Assembly: GCA_030704615.1 (NCBI GenBank)
Contig: CM060732.1
Coordinates: 76,384,001-76,448,000, forward strand
DNA length: 64,000 nt
Source of the DNA: Takakia lepidozioides
Lineage: Eukaryota; Plantae; Bryophyta
Reading direction: 5' to 3'
The translations under genes and the position numbers were made by a program. Shown one piece after another: positions 37,791 to 49,256 of this stretch. The notes beneath the pieces were generated by a model. That model saw only the letters and a list, made by a program, of their open reading frames with translations, was not told where the DNA came from and did not search any database. Every line of letters begins with the position of its first letter. Positions within the stretch are counted from its first letter, which is position 1.

Positions 37791-40075
37791 ATGGCGGAGG
37801 AGGAAGACAGAGGATGTCATCCCAGGGATGACGATAATGAACCTGGACCTCCCAAAAAAAAATCAAAAGAGGCCAGGCGCGAACTTCGTTGGGACATATA
37901 CAATGACCCCAACATTCTTGCGGAACCAGGTTGGGAAGTTTGGAGGTTGGAGCAGCGGTGGTCGCTTGGTGACTGCAGGAAATTTATGGACTGGTGTTAC
38001 ATAAATCGTTTGTGGCCCAGAGATAGACATGATCCACAAACCAAACAAAATCAAGCTAGCTTGCATTCCTGCGCCAACCCGCATTTCCGCCACAGGGCAG
38101 AGGAGGTACATACAACATTGTGGGGTCAACTCCTCGTCAACAACAAGATCCCGTATTTATTTGCGGCCATTTTGTACATATAGTTGATTTTATTGCGACC
38201 AGTGGATTGGCAAACTGCCACTGCGAGACAGCGTACCAGACTATACATGTTCTCTGATATCCCAGACTTGTATATATGTCAGGGGCAGGACATCATACGG
38301 TTGGATGGAAACGACGAGGTGGAAGAAGGAGGAAAGACGGATGGAAACGATGAGGTGGAAGAAGGGGGAAAGGCAGACCAACCTCCAGATTATACTCCGC
38401 AACAGGTCTCCGCAGCCAGGCCTTCAACGTCTGAGGTGGAGGGGGGCGAGGTACGCTCTCTGTTGGAGGAACAGTTGGCCGCACATGAACAACACATCAA
38501 GGACCTACAGGACATTGTTCATTTGTAGCGGTGACAAATAGCGAAGTTGCTGGAAAGAATGGGGTTGGGGACTCTCGACAGTGTATGCGGTGTGCTTCAA
38601 GACCCGAGGCCAATCACCAACGAGCAAGACATATTGGCGCGTTTGAATATGCCACCAATGGACATTGACCGCGTCATCGACGGGGTTGACTCAATCGGGC
38701 AAGGGAATGAAGTGCAAACGCCTGAACTGGACCCGCCGAGGGTTGAGGAATAAAGACTTGCGGCGGAGAGGGCAAGAAAAGGGAAGGACCCCATAGTGGA
38801 AACTGGGGAATGTTCAGCCGTGCAAATTACATCGGCCCAGGAACAGGAATTAGAGCAGCTTGTGGGGGAACGCGAGCAAGCTAGGGCTGTTGAATATTGG
38901 TACTCAAATGCCATGCAAATCCGATCGTGGCCATGGTTGAAGGGGAATTGGCAGAATTGGGTGACATGGGCGGGCTATCTAGCATCGCGGGAAACACGGA
39001 TAGAAGAAGCGTTGTCCTCCCTCTAACGTGTAGCACGTTTGTCAAATCGAAGCGTAGATAGCATCTATGCTAATTTGCAAAGGCATGACACTGTGCGTGA
39101 TGTATTCACGTCGAAGTACACTGGATTCACCACATTGGGTGATGTGGATGCCATGTTTGAGCACTGTGTGCATACAATTTTTGATACCAATAAGAGCATA
39201 AACTGGGATTTGGAAGTAGAGGATGAGTGGGACAGCAAGTCGAGGATGTCATCCAACATTCATGAGGATAAATGGACGTGGATACCACGGAGCAATCCAG
39301 CGTCATGGGTAACAGATGGTACGGTGTGCACAATGTGCCTAAACCCTTACGGACCGGAGAGAGGCTATATGCTTGGTTCATGTGGCCATTTGTTCCATCC
39401 CGCATGTCTCATATCGGCATGCGAGCCAGCCAATGCCCTGACTGTCGTGGACCAATCCATCGACGTTTCTATGAGTTGTTTGGGTTGCAAAACAATATGC
39501 CCATGGGATACGAGTACAACCGGTACAACATGCCATTGGATGTATCGCCTTACGATTTTTTAAATTGGCAGCACTGGGAAGAGACAATGACATGGGATGC
39601 TCCAAGAGAGATGCACGCCTTGGATGCGAAGACGTTAACTAGGGTGAAAGATCCGGTGATTTTTTGGGTGACATCCAACTGGGAAATAACCATGCGTGCT
39701 AGAGGCATATGAGACCCAGTCCAAAGGGAGCTTTTTTGCCGGAACTTGGGAGGGCATTGGAGCTGTATTAGTCAAAGATTCTTCCGACTGCCTGAGGATC
39801 CGTGGGTGCCAGCGGAAAACGACCCATACAATCGCGAACCGATTGGGAGAGACCTATTTCTGAGGCAGTTGGAGGCCGCTAGCATCCGTTGGGAGGATAT
39901 GAATGAGAGGTACTGGGTGCCTCGTCGAGATGAAGGGCCATTTCTTCCAGAGTTGTTAAAATTTGGGAACTTGGTCACGCCATGTGTTCTGCCAATACTT
40001 TACAACACTCGTGATGGCAGCCTTGAAATTGTCCAACACCTCCTCCTGCTGGGGGTCTCTGTGGCTTACCACTAG
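37791..40075 (+). pseudogene. RING-H2 finger protein pseudogene inside hAT copy 2
   Basis: Long frame broken by stops (38181, 38526, 38751, 39024). CTMC..SCGHLFHPAC and, after a frameshift at ~39408, QCPDCR give C3H2C3. Basic NLS-like PPKKKSK and coiled-coil-like segments upstream. Confidence 0.7.
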
Positions 40076-40889
40076 GCCACAACCCTTTTGTGTAGTTTTA
40101 CAAACATACACATAAATGTTAGAAAAAGTAAAGAAATAAAAATGGATGAATCCCATATCCGGTACCGCATGGGACTGGCATTTTTTAAGATGGCATAATC
40201 GGTAGATTGAGAACCGGACCAAAAAAAAATTCATATGTTTAATGAGAACCTATAACCGAGATGTTTTTCAAACCTATTGGTATACCCTGCCTTGGCCATC
40301 CATTTTTTTCAAAGAGTAGGCTGTAACCGGGGCCGGAAGAGGGCTCAAACATGGTACCCGGCCAACACTAGTAAATGCTCCCTCACTGTCGACATATACA
40401 TAGGGGTGCTCTTGCCACTTCCAAACATATCGGATTTAATTGAAAAATTGCATAAAGCCGTAGCAAGAGCGACAAACCCGCCTCTGGCAAATGTGGAAGA
40501 GAGTCAGCACTCGCCTAGAACGCTATGCATGATGGCAAGGGTGGACCACACAACATTGGGTCCCTCTTTGACCACTCGAGCCCAGGCTCAAACTCTCTGT
40601 ACTGGTGGAGGCACGTCCTTTACACCCGGAGCATCTTCATCAGCATTTGGAGATGACGACAACGAAGTAATAAATCTAGATGAAGATAACTAGAAAGGCT
40701 AGAAACATAGGGAGTAGGCCAAAGGTCTCAGGTTGCGAAAACTTAAATGTGCAACCCACTGTATAGTCTATGTAATTTTTGAAAATACGAGGTTCATCCT
40801 TTGAACCATTTTTGAATGACCTCATACTTGTTCGATACCTGTTTGACGGCATGTACAATATACTAGCAAAATTTCAAAACAATCAAATC

Positions 40890-41230
40890 GTGAATGGAAC
40901 TTCGCCCTGTCCTCCTCCCATTCATCCCCGGCCAAAGCCTCCCTCATTCTCATCTCCATATTGTGCTGGAATCTAAGGAACCCCTCATTCCCATGTCGGA
41001 CATACAAAAGATTCAAACGCATTATGTTATTGTCCTTCAAATAATCCAGCATTACTTGCTTCACCACCTTTGCGGCCTCTGCGCTTGGATAGTCTTTTTT
41101 GTTGACCCGACTATCCCGTTCATGTGCATGTTTACGCTTCCTATCTTTACGCCCACTTCCCGAGGAACCCCCTGACACTGTGTTCGAAGCAACGTTTCCG
41201 GACATGATGAAAGTACTCTGCGTAATAGAC
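40890..41230 (-). pseudogene. Second copy of the kinase gene N-terminal region
   Basis: Near-identical to 22285-22621 (MLDYLKDN.IMRLNLLYV.H.NEG.LRFQHNMEMRMREALAGDEWEEDRAKF). Joined directly to a satellite piece at 40780-40890. Confidence 0.85.
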
Positions 41231-42229
41231 AACTCAGTTTCATCTCGTTCAGGTACCCATGGAGGGAGTAGTGAGAGGAAAGTCGCCAGTAGCAGGGATC
41301 TGTGGGTATGACATATTCCACCATTGCATTGTTGAGGTTTGCCCATTACCAATAATTATCCTTCTTATTTCCCTTTTGACTTTCTTATGTTGCATATGTT
41401 GGAATTTAGCCAGCATCTCTTAAACATGAATTGCGTATGTCCTGGCATGACTGACTGTCTTGGCTGATATGGCAATTGCCAAAAGCTCCAACTGGGGAGG
41501 TGCCTTCCAAGGAGGAAAGTCTAAGTGTGTCCTCTTGCAGATGGCTTACAGCAAAGGCAGGCTTTCACTGTTCGATCAGTTGGCATATAAGGCTCCACAA
41601 TCAGGAGCCTTAGACTGGCATGTGCGTACTTTAAACTCAAGCTCCCCTACAAGAACCACACCTGCTTTATTCTCAACATTGTCAAAACGCCAAGTCATAG
41701 TCAACAACTATTAAAATAACAACTAATAAGTTAAAAATTGTTTGTTATGTGTGTTGCAATTAAGCGTTTCAAATGACACAGGTGCCTATTACTGACTTGG
41801 GCATATGACTTGAGTATTCATTTACTTACCCATGACTGCTTAACTCTGTTTTCTACTTCTGTTTCATAATAACTGAGTGTGGGCATAGTACTTACCTGTA
41901 TGCACCCATGGAGATCATCCTTTCCACCTATGTTCTCTATGTGCAAGCATTTGGATTGGATGGATCCGTGGGCAGGGCAATGATCTTATTCAACAACTCA
42001 CCTCCGGCTCGGCATCAACCCCACACAAGGAAACAGTTTTCGACAAATGAGAACTTCCAGATGAAGACATCGACGTGGACTCCGACTTTGAGTGTACGTA
42101 AGTCCGGTTTGTTTTGGATGACATGTCGGATTTTTCATTTTATCAGACCTTCATTTTTGTCACAACCGCGGTCCTGTCTTTCTACTTACTGGGCTTGCAA
42201 CTTTGGGAATCTTTGCAGGACACCAAAAA

Positions 42230-42470
42230 CAACGGTCGCTCTGTTAAGTTTTTCTAAAAAGTGAAGCGACCATCCTATGGCGGTCGTTCTTTTTTGTTTT
42301 TTTAAAATGAAGTGACCGCCAATACGGCGGTCGCTCTTTTAGGTATTTGTTTTAAATGAAACGACAACCATATGGTGGTCGCTCTTTTTGGTATTTATAA
42401 AAGATGATGCGACCGCCCAATAGCGATCGCTCTTTTTTGTTTTTTTTTAAAAATGAAGCGACCGCCTATA
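42230..42470. repeat. Variant hairpin array (AAATGAAGCGACCGCC..GGCGGTCGCTCTTTT)
   Basis: About 5 palindromic units with ~48-bp period, related to but distinct from the hAT arrays. Confidence 0.65.
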
Positions 42471-42789
42471 CGACAATGACACGTTAATTCCGAAAATTTT
42501 GCTACTTATGAACATGAAGCGTCTTCCGCTACGTGATGCTCCAGCCTCCTGTAACAACTCACACGTGTAGTCGTCTATCTTGCAAAGTCTTGGCGACCAC
42601 TGCCTCCACCAAGCGGTTGATGGAGTCTTCGGAAGGCTCCGCGGTCGCCGTTGTCATGTTCAACTATCGGGGTTTCAGGCACTTTTTGGCCTTGTGCCTA
42701 GTCTCCCAGCAATTAAAGCACACCCCATCAAAGGTCGCCTTCTGCCTGCCATGTGCCGTCGCACCTATTTTTCCTTTCGGAGCAGCGGG

Positions 42790-43145
42790 TGCCGCCCTGG
42801 CATGCAGTTTGATAATATGGCTGAATGAGATGTGGTATCAGCCTAGCCCATAATTGCACTTAATTAGAGTAGGCAATGAGTGAAGACGGGTTCGTGGTGA
42901 CATCGTCCAAGCTGGAATTGAATCGATGTCGTTATGAAATATGCCCTTGTGGTGAGGGCGTGCAGAGCAGGAGCGCGGGATGGGGCTTTGGAGACCTGAA
43001 AGGAAATGATGGGGGAAGGGGTGAAGCTCGACCACATCATGTTTGTGTGCGTGTGCAAGCCTGGCAGCCCTGGAAAGCACGTGCAAAGAGGTACATGGTT
43101 GCATCACCAAAGCTGGAATTGTACCAGATGTGATTTTGAACAATA
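42790..43145 (+). pseudogene. PLS-class PPR gene fragment, interrupted by the DNMT-Gypsy element
   Basis: Across frameshifts: FDNMAE.DVVS, EMMGEGVKLDHIMFVC, ACASLAALE..KEVHGCITKAGIVPDVILNN. Confidence 0.7.
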
Positions 43146-43598
43146 TGTCGTGCGCATACACCTCGCTACACAACTACATCGGTGTCCAAACCACACAACA
43201 TATACATACACACAAATCAGTCTGCCACAATATGCACAAAACCAAACCAACATTTCACTCATAAAATAAGAATCAAGCCCACTACACCCCCAAGGCTTAG
43301 GGGAATCAACAATACACGCGCCATAGCCGACGCGGGAGGCTCAACTTGAGAGAGATGAGCCTCACCGCGCGTTCGCCGTGAAGATAAGCCACGCCCAGGG
43401 GCCAACAAATATCTTGACCCCTGGGTTGACACTTGGATCAAGCCCAAGTGTCATATATAAAAACTAGTTATTTATTGGCTAGTTTCACACTACTAGTAAA
43501 CTTTATTTGACAGCTGTCGTGCGCATACACCTCGCTACACAACTACATCGCTGTCCAAACCACACAACATATACATACACACAAATCAGTCTGCCACA
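43146..43598 (-). repeat. 3' LTR of family A with 86-bp direct repeats at both ends
   Basis: 43146-43231 matches 43515-43600 (one mismatch seen). Begins TGTGG after the PPT, ends CGACA. TATA-like motif near 43455. Confidence 0.7.
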
Positions 43599-43854
43599 AT
43601 TGCCCCCCTAGCTGGTGGTTAGGTCCCTCTAACTCCAGATAGCTACAAGAGGTAATAGCCACAGCCTCAATAAGTCCTCTATCACTGTCCCTATTGTACT
43701 CAAACTCTATAGACCAAGAGGCCGGGTACAAGAGTAGCCCCATCGTTATTCGCCGTCTTGTGTGAACTTGAGCCAGAGATCTCATGTATTGGTCCCATAG
43801 TATCTTGGCCTTGTGGTTCTTATTAGTCTCCCATGGTTGTATCCATTGCCACTA

Positions 43855-45281
43855 TTAAATGCAACGTGGACACAACCAGTCCCCATCAGGAACCATATCA
43901 AGAGGAGGCGTCAAGCATCCCATGTGCCAACCTCTTGAGCATCGATCGTACACCAGCATGGTGGCTGCCCTTCTGGCAGACCCACACAACATGCACCGCA
44001 AACCTGCAGGTACCACCGCCAAGTTTGGGTCAACCCTTCCATCAACATTTGGAAGGTGACATGGCGCGCAATTACGCACATGGTCCTTCCAAGTCATGCC
44101 ATCCCGACCCTCCAAGATCAGGAATCCTGAGGGCAACACCTCTCGAACCCTCAAAATAGTACGTCCTGCAGTCACATCCAGGGTCGTAGGAGCAGTCTGT
44201 TGCAAATAAACATAGTCATCAGGGTTAAATCTCCGAACCCTAGGACAATAGCCCCCACCACGTATGGTAGCATACCTCAACGTATTACGATGCTGTGCAA
44301 TGGCAAGGTTATCGAAAGCCATGGGCATGACTTTCTTGAACAACTCTGCACGCTGATCACATGCACATGCCCACACGTCCGGATCGTCAAGGTTGAGAAC
44401 TATAGCAGCTTCTCTACGAATGGATGCAAGCAAATCTGGCTCTCGGCCAAAGAGAAGAAAGTATGGTGAGAAAGAGGCAAGTGATGCTTGCTTGCTGAAC
44501 CTGTAGCCCATGGCTAACCAGGGTAACTGAAGATCCCAATCTCCTAGGTGTCCCTTCTGCAAGCCACACTTGCACAAACCCCTCTTCACTGTCTGAACAA
44601 CCCTCTCTGCCAAGCCATCGGCCTCAGGATGATCCCGAGAAGTGGTGCGGTGGTCTACCAAGGCCTTATCACACAACGCCTGAAACTCCCCCAAGAACTC
44701 TCTCCCTTGGTCTGTGAGTACCTCAGCTGGAGCACCGAATCGGCTAAGCACACAATCCAAGAATGCATACGCAACTCCCTCACTAGCCTTATCAGGCAAT
44801 GGAACCAATTCAATCCACTTGGAGAAGTGCTACACCATCACCAACACGTACTTGTTGTGGCGCATGGTCAGTGGCAACGGCCCTGCGAAGTCAAGACTCC
44901 ACCTGTAGCCCAATCCCATGTTCGGAAGAGGGTGCAATTGTGGAGTAGGGGCGTTGAATGAAGCACGCACCCTGTCACACACCATGCACCTAGCCACAAA
45001 TTGTTGCACCTTTGTGTGCATACCACGCCACCAATACTGCCCCTGTAGTAGACTATGAGTGTGTTGCACCCCAAAATGCCCCAACTCCTCATGGGCATGC
45101 CGCACTAACCGTGCCCGCTGTGTTGGGTGAGGCACAATCTCACTCGACCATCCTCCCACACTCGGAGCAGGTGTGTCCCCTCCTACTTGAACCTCTTGGC
45201 TCGTTGTAGGATCCGATCCCTCTCCTTGGCAGTCACAATGGCTGCAGTGTCTCCAGTGCGGAGGTAGTCCAACACAATGGG
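43855..45281 (-). pseudogene. Integrase with C-terminal PHD finger
   Basis: HEELGHFG..CMVC, WSLDFAGP, TDQGREF, GLAER; tail CMLC..(C>Y)DRC..WHMGC..VPDGDWLCPRC. Confidence 0.92.
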
Positions 45282-47205
45282 GGCGAACAGGTGAGGACCA
45301 TGAGGCGCAGGCCGCATCCATGGCACACGTGGGAGGTGCTTGAGGTTCAGAGGGAGTTGGCAGCCAATGCGGCGTTGATGGATGAGGTTGGGGATTTTTC
45401 TTGGGTTGAGGAGGTCCTTAAGGATGGGATGATGGGGCAGGATGAGACATTGTCACTGATAGAGTAGGCAGTGGTCACTGCTCAAGAGGTTGCAGCATAG
45501 CAACCACGGGACGCGTCTTCTACCTCTAAGCCTGCTGGACTCAAGGTTGCAGTCACGGAGGACAACTGGGAGACTGATATTGGACCCATAGTCACCGGAG
45601 GAGAGAGACGACGTATACGGCGGTTCTTGAGGGCTTACAGGAACTGCTTTGCCTTTTGTTTGAAGGACTTGGGAGTACTGAAGGGTCAAGAGATTCGCAT
45701 TGAATTGGCCGCTGACACGCCAATCTTTCAGAGACCCTATAGATACAGTGACATGGAGAGGTCCTTGATTCAGATGAGGACTCAGGACCTCTGGGAGGTT
45801 GGTTGGGTGGAGCTATCTGGTGGAGAGTATGCTTCAGCCACAATGATGCCAGCCAAGAAGGATGTCTATGGCAATTGGACGGAGAGACGTATGTGCGGTG
45901 ATTACCGGCCTGTAAATCGTCAGACCAAGTCCGATAGGTATGCCATGCCAACACCAGAGGAGATCTTTGATGCCATTGGGCATGCCAAGGTCTTTAGCAC
46001 TTTGGATTTACGATCCGGATATCACCAGTTGCCGATCATAGAGGCGGATAAGCAGAAGACGACATTCTGGGGGATCAATGAGCACGGGAAGGATTGCCTA
46101 TACCAGTGGCGGTTCTTACCATTTGGGCTTAAGAACGCTCCTGCAGAGTTTCAGAGAGTCATGGACAGGATTCTAGCAGGGGTGGAGTTTGCTCGGTGCT
46201 ACATAGATGACATCATCATCTTTAGTGCTATGGTGGAGGAGCATGAGAGACACCTTCAGGTGGTATTTGAGCGCTTGAGGGCGCACGGATTGAAGTTACA
46301 TCCGGGGAAGTGCAAGTTTTTCCACAACCAAATTGAGTATCTGGGTCACATGATATATCCTGGAGGATTGGGGGTACAGTAGACTAAGGTAGAGGCCATT
46401 GCACAGATTCCACGTCCCACGGATGTGAGCCGAGTTCGAGCTTTCATGGGGTTGGCAAACTATTATAGACGGTTTGTCAAGGGATTTAGTGCCATTGCAA
46501 AGGCTCTAACCAAGCTAACCAAGGTGGACCAGGAGTGGCAGTGAGAAGATGAGCAAGAACGAGCTTTTCAAGAGCTCAAGGCGAGGTTGACCTCAGCGCC
46601 CATCTTGAGACGACCTATCAGGGGGCGTCCTTTTCAGCTGCATACAAATTGGAGTATGCTGGGGCTTGGAGCGGTGCTCACACAGGTGGATGATGAGGGA
46701 AGAGAGTTCGTAGTGGTTTATATTAGCCGCTCGAACAACGCTGCAGAGGCTAAGTATAGCTCATATAAGGGAGAGTGCTTAGCTGCAGTGTGGGCCGTGA
46801 CACACTTCAGGTGCTATCTATATGGCAATCTCTTCACCCTTGTCACGGATCACCAGCCACTCAAGTGGCTGATGGAGTCAGACAAGCTTATAGGAAAGCT
46901 TGCATGATGGACACTCATACTCCAGGAATATGACTTTTAGGTGGTACATCGACCCGGTCTAGTCAATCGGGATGCGGATGGGTTAAGTCGTAATCCATGC
47001 ACGAGCCAGCAGGATGACACTGGAGCTTGGTGGCATGGTGAGACGGACGAGGAGATGGTGCCCGGATGACATGCATCTGCATTTCTGTGTATCTTGGCAG
47101 CGGAAGGCCAAGTTGGACCTGCAACAGGGATGACTGTAGATCAAGTGTCTGTGGACCCTGAGGCCAACAATGAGCAAGGTGGCGCCAAAGATATACATGA
47201 GGATT
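45282..47205 (+). pseudogene. Reverse transcriptase + RNase H of family A (inverted segment)
   Basis: RMCGDYRPVN, LDLRSGYHQ, LPFGLKNAP, YIDD (~46200), HTNWS, GECLAAVWAV, TDHQPL, NRDADGLSR. In-frame stops at 46380, 46542, 46905 and 46938. Confidence 0.92.
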
Positions 47206-48200
47206 CTCTATCAAGGGAAGTGTACTCCGTACTCTGCGCTGCTCAGCCATAGCCAAGCTGATAATCCAGGTCAAACAATTGAGATCCATGGCTTGCCCCA
47301 ACACCTGACGACGTGATGCCTCAGAAAGAGATGGCACCGCCGTGGTACCAATGGTAAAACCCATCGCCCGCTTGCGCTTGTCAACATTGGGCTCCACTAA
47401 TTGCTGCAACTGGCTATCCCACAAGAGGCCAGGTCCACCATCCCGGAAAACATGAGATCCTGGAAAGCTGAGCAGTGTAGGCAATGTTGCTTGTGGGTGA
47501 CCCACCTTATTGACCACTGCCAAAGGTGATCGGTCATTGTGTCTCACACACTGAGACTGCCTCCCTATGTCCAAAATGCTATCAACCGTGAGGTTTGGTG
47601 GCCGCTGCACCCCATCAAATGCACGCTTGAGCATTGCAGGTGGCATCAAGTTGGTCCACCATAGTCGTGGGCGATGAGCCCGTGACCCTACTGCAGCTGC
47701 ATCCAGCAATACTGCTGACCCAAGCCAAGATCGCACTTGATGCACACTGGTCACCTTGGCCCGAGAATCACCCATCAATGGCACATTCTCCAAGATATAT
47801 GCCGGAGAGTCTGTTTGCTGAAGCTGTAAATAGCGCAGGACCCTCAACATCTCCCAAAACATGCGTGACCTTGAGTCTTGTAACCCATTGCCATGCCCGG
47901 CTGATGAATGCCCTTGGCAGGGCCAACCTGTCACTACCAAGTGAATAGGGCCAAACCGCTCCAAATCCTGCGCCCCCAGCAAAGAGATGTCTGCTGGCAA
48001 GGCTTGCTAGTATCCACGAACTGCAGACACTGGCAACAAATCAGGGTACTGCTGTACCAACTGAGCAACATGGCGCAGTGAGACGCGTCGTGCAGTCTCA
48101 TCCCTCTCCACATACAAGTAACGTCGAACTCGTACACCTGCCTGCAACACTGCAGCCAATCCAGTGCTGATCCCGCCAAACAAGTCCAGAAGACAATGCC
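47206..48200 (-). pseudogene. C5 cytosine DNA methyltransferase domain within the retrotransposon polyprotein
   Basis: Motif I LDLFGGISTG, II YVERD, III ADI, IV GWPCQG, VI LENV, VIII HRPRLWW, IX KRAMGF, X LGQAMD. One stop at 48007. Confidence 0.93.
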
Positions 48201-49256
48201 TTCGTCCGGGCACTGCCATACAAGAGGTATGGTGTTCAATGGCGACAACTGAGGTGGTCCTGGTGCAATCACCGCACTCTCCTCCTCTCCTGACGGTACA
48301 AAGGCATCTACCCAGGCTTGTTGCACACGTCTATCAGCAGCCTGCTGCAAATCCTTGCTCGTACCCCACAATGGAGTGTGAGCAACCATGGCAGGCAACT
48401 CCGCTGTACCATGCATGTCATCCTGCTCTGCTGGAGGTGGCACATCCTCTGCATGGGCATTGCCCTCCAGCAACTCTCCAGGCCAACTAACTGCAGCTGT
48501 GAAGGCTGCTAGTGTTGGCATCTTGCCCCGCTGGGCAGCAGCAATACCCCCAATGAATGTCACATGGAGCTGTACACGACGACCATCCCCTGACTGCCAT
48601 CCAGGACTGTAGGATGCTGACTCCTCCCAAAAATCCAGGATGAAGCCCATGGGATACAACACTGCCCCACCAATGAGGACATCGTAAGAGACCGTGTCTG
48701 TCACAATGGCCTTGGCTCGCATCACTGAGCCATCTATAGGATGATCCGGCTGTAGTCTAATGGCCAACTCACACCGTGTCATGCCCCGAGCCTGCTCTGA
48801 TCCTCCCAGAGATGTCTGTATCTGGAAGGGACAAGGCTCCATATCCGCCTTCATGAGGCCCAAACCTGCAATACCGACTTTGCCCAACATCAGTGGCTGA
48901 GCTCCCGAGTCCAACAAGACCCGCAGTGGCCGGTACCTCTTGCCTGCCGGTCCACTCAAAGAGAAAATGTCATCCTGGTTGTCTAACAAGACAACATCAG
49001 GTGTCATCATGGCGCGCTCAAAGGCTGGCCTAGCTGGCAGCTCCGTCAACCTGGCAGCTGCAGCTTGCCATGGCGCAGCCGTGACAGTCTTGACCCTCAA
49101 ATCTGAGGATCCCTTTGTCACTACACCTTCCACTAACTCCGCAGAAGATGAAGTGACCTCCCCACTCTCACAGAGTGTTGCTGCTAGTCTGAACATTGCA
49201 GCTGGTCTACCCCCGGCATCGCAATCATGGTTGCTGAGAACAGTGGGGCCTGACAC
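48201..49256 (-). pseudogene. Aspartic protease region of family A
   Basis: VLLDSGAQ and YDVLIGG. A 1-bp frameshift near 48195 separates it from the DNMT frame. Confidence 0.85.

Larger units (their letters stand above)
31565..41230 (+). mobile_element. hAT DNA transposon copy 2 (right end not found)
   Basis: Starts CAGGGTTGCACACGTC. Contains an array (31928-32500), transposase, further arrays (36130-37365), a RING gene, a satellite piece, and a kinase N-terminal piece homologous to copy 1. Confidence 0.65.

Noticed and set aside
40160-40370. Possible MITE ends (GGTATACCCTG, CCAACACTA)
   Set aside because: Partner termini and TSDs were not found.
45282-47205. RT on the opposite strand read as a separate nested retroelement or designed antisense gene
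   Set aside because: It has no LTRs or TSD of its own, and re-inversion restores the missing domains of the surrounding element.
46963-48219. Host DRM/CMT/MET1 gene or bacterial restriction-modification methylase
   Set aside because: Motifs are not permuted as in DRM, there are no BAH/chromo/UBA domains, introns or nuclease partner, and it is continuous with the retroviral-type protease.
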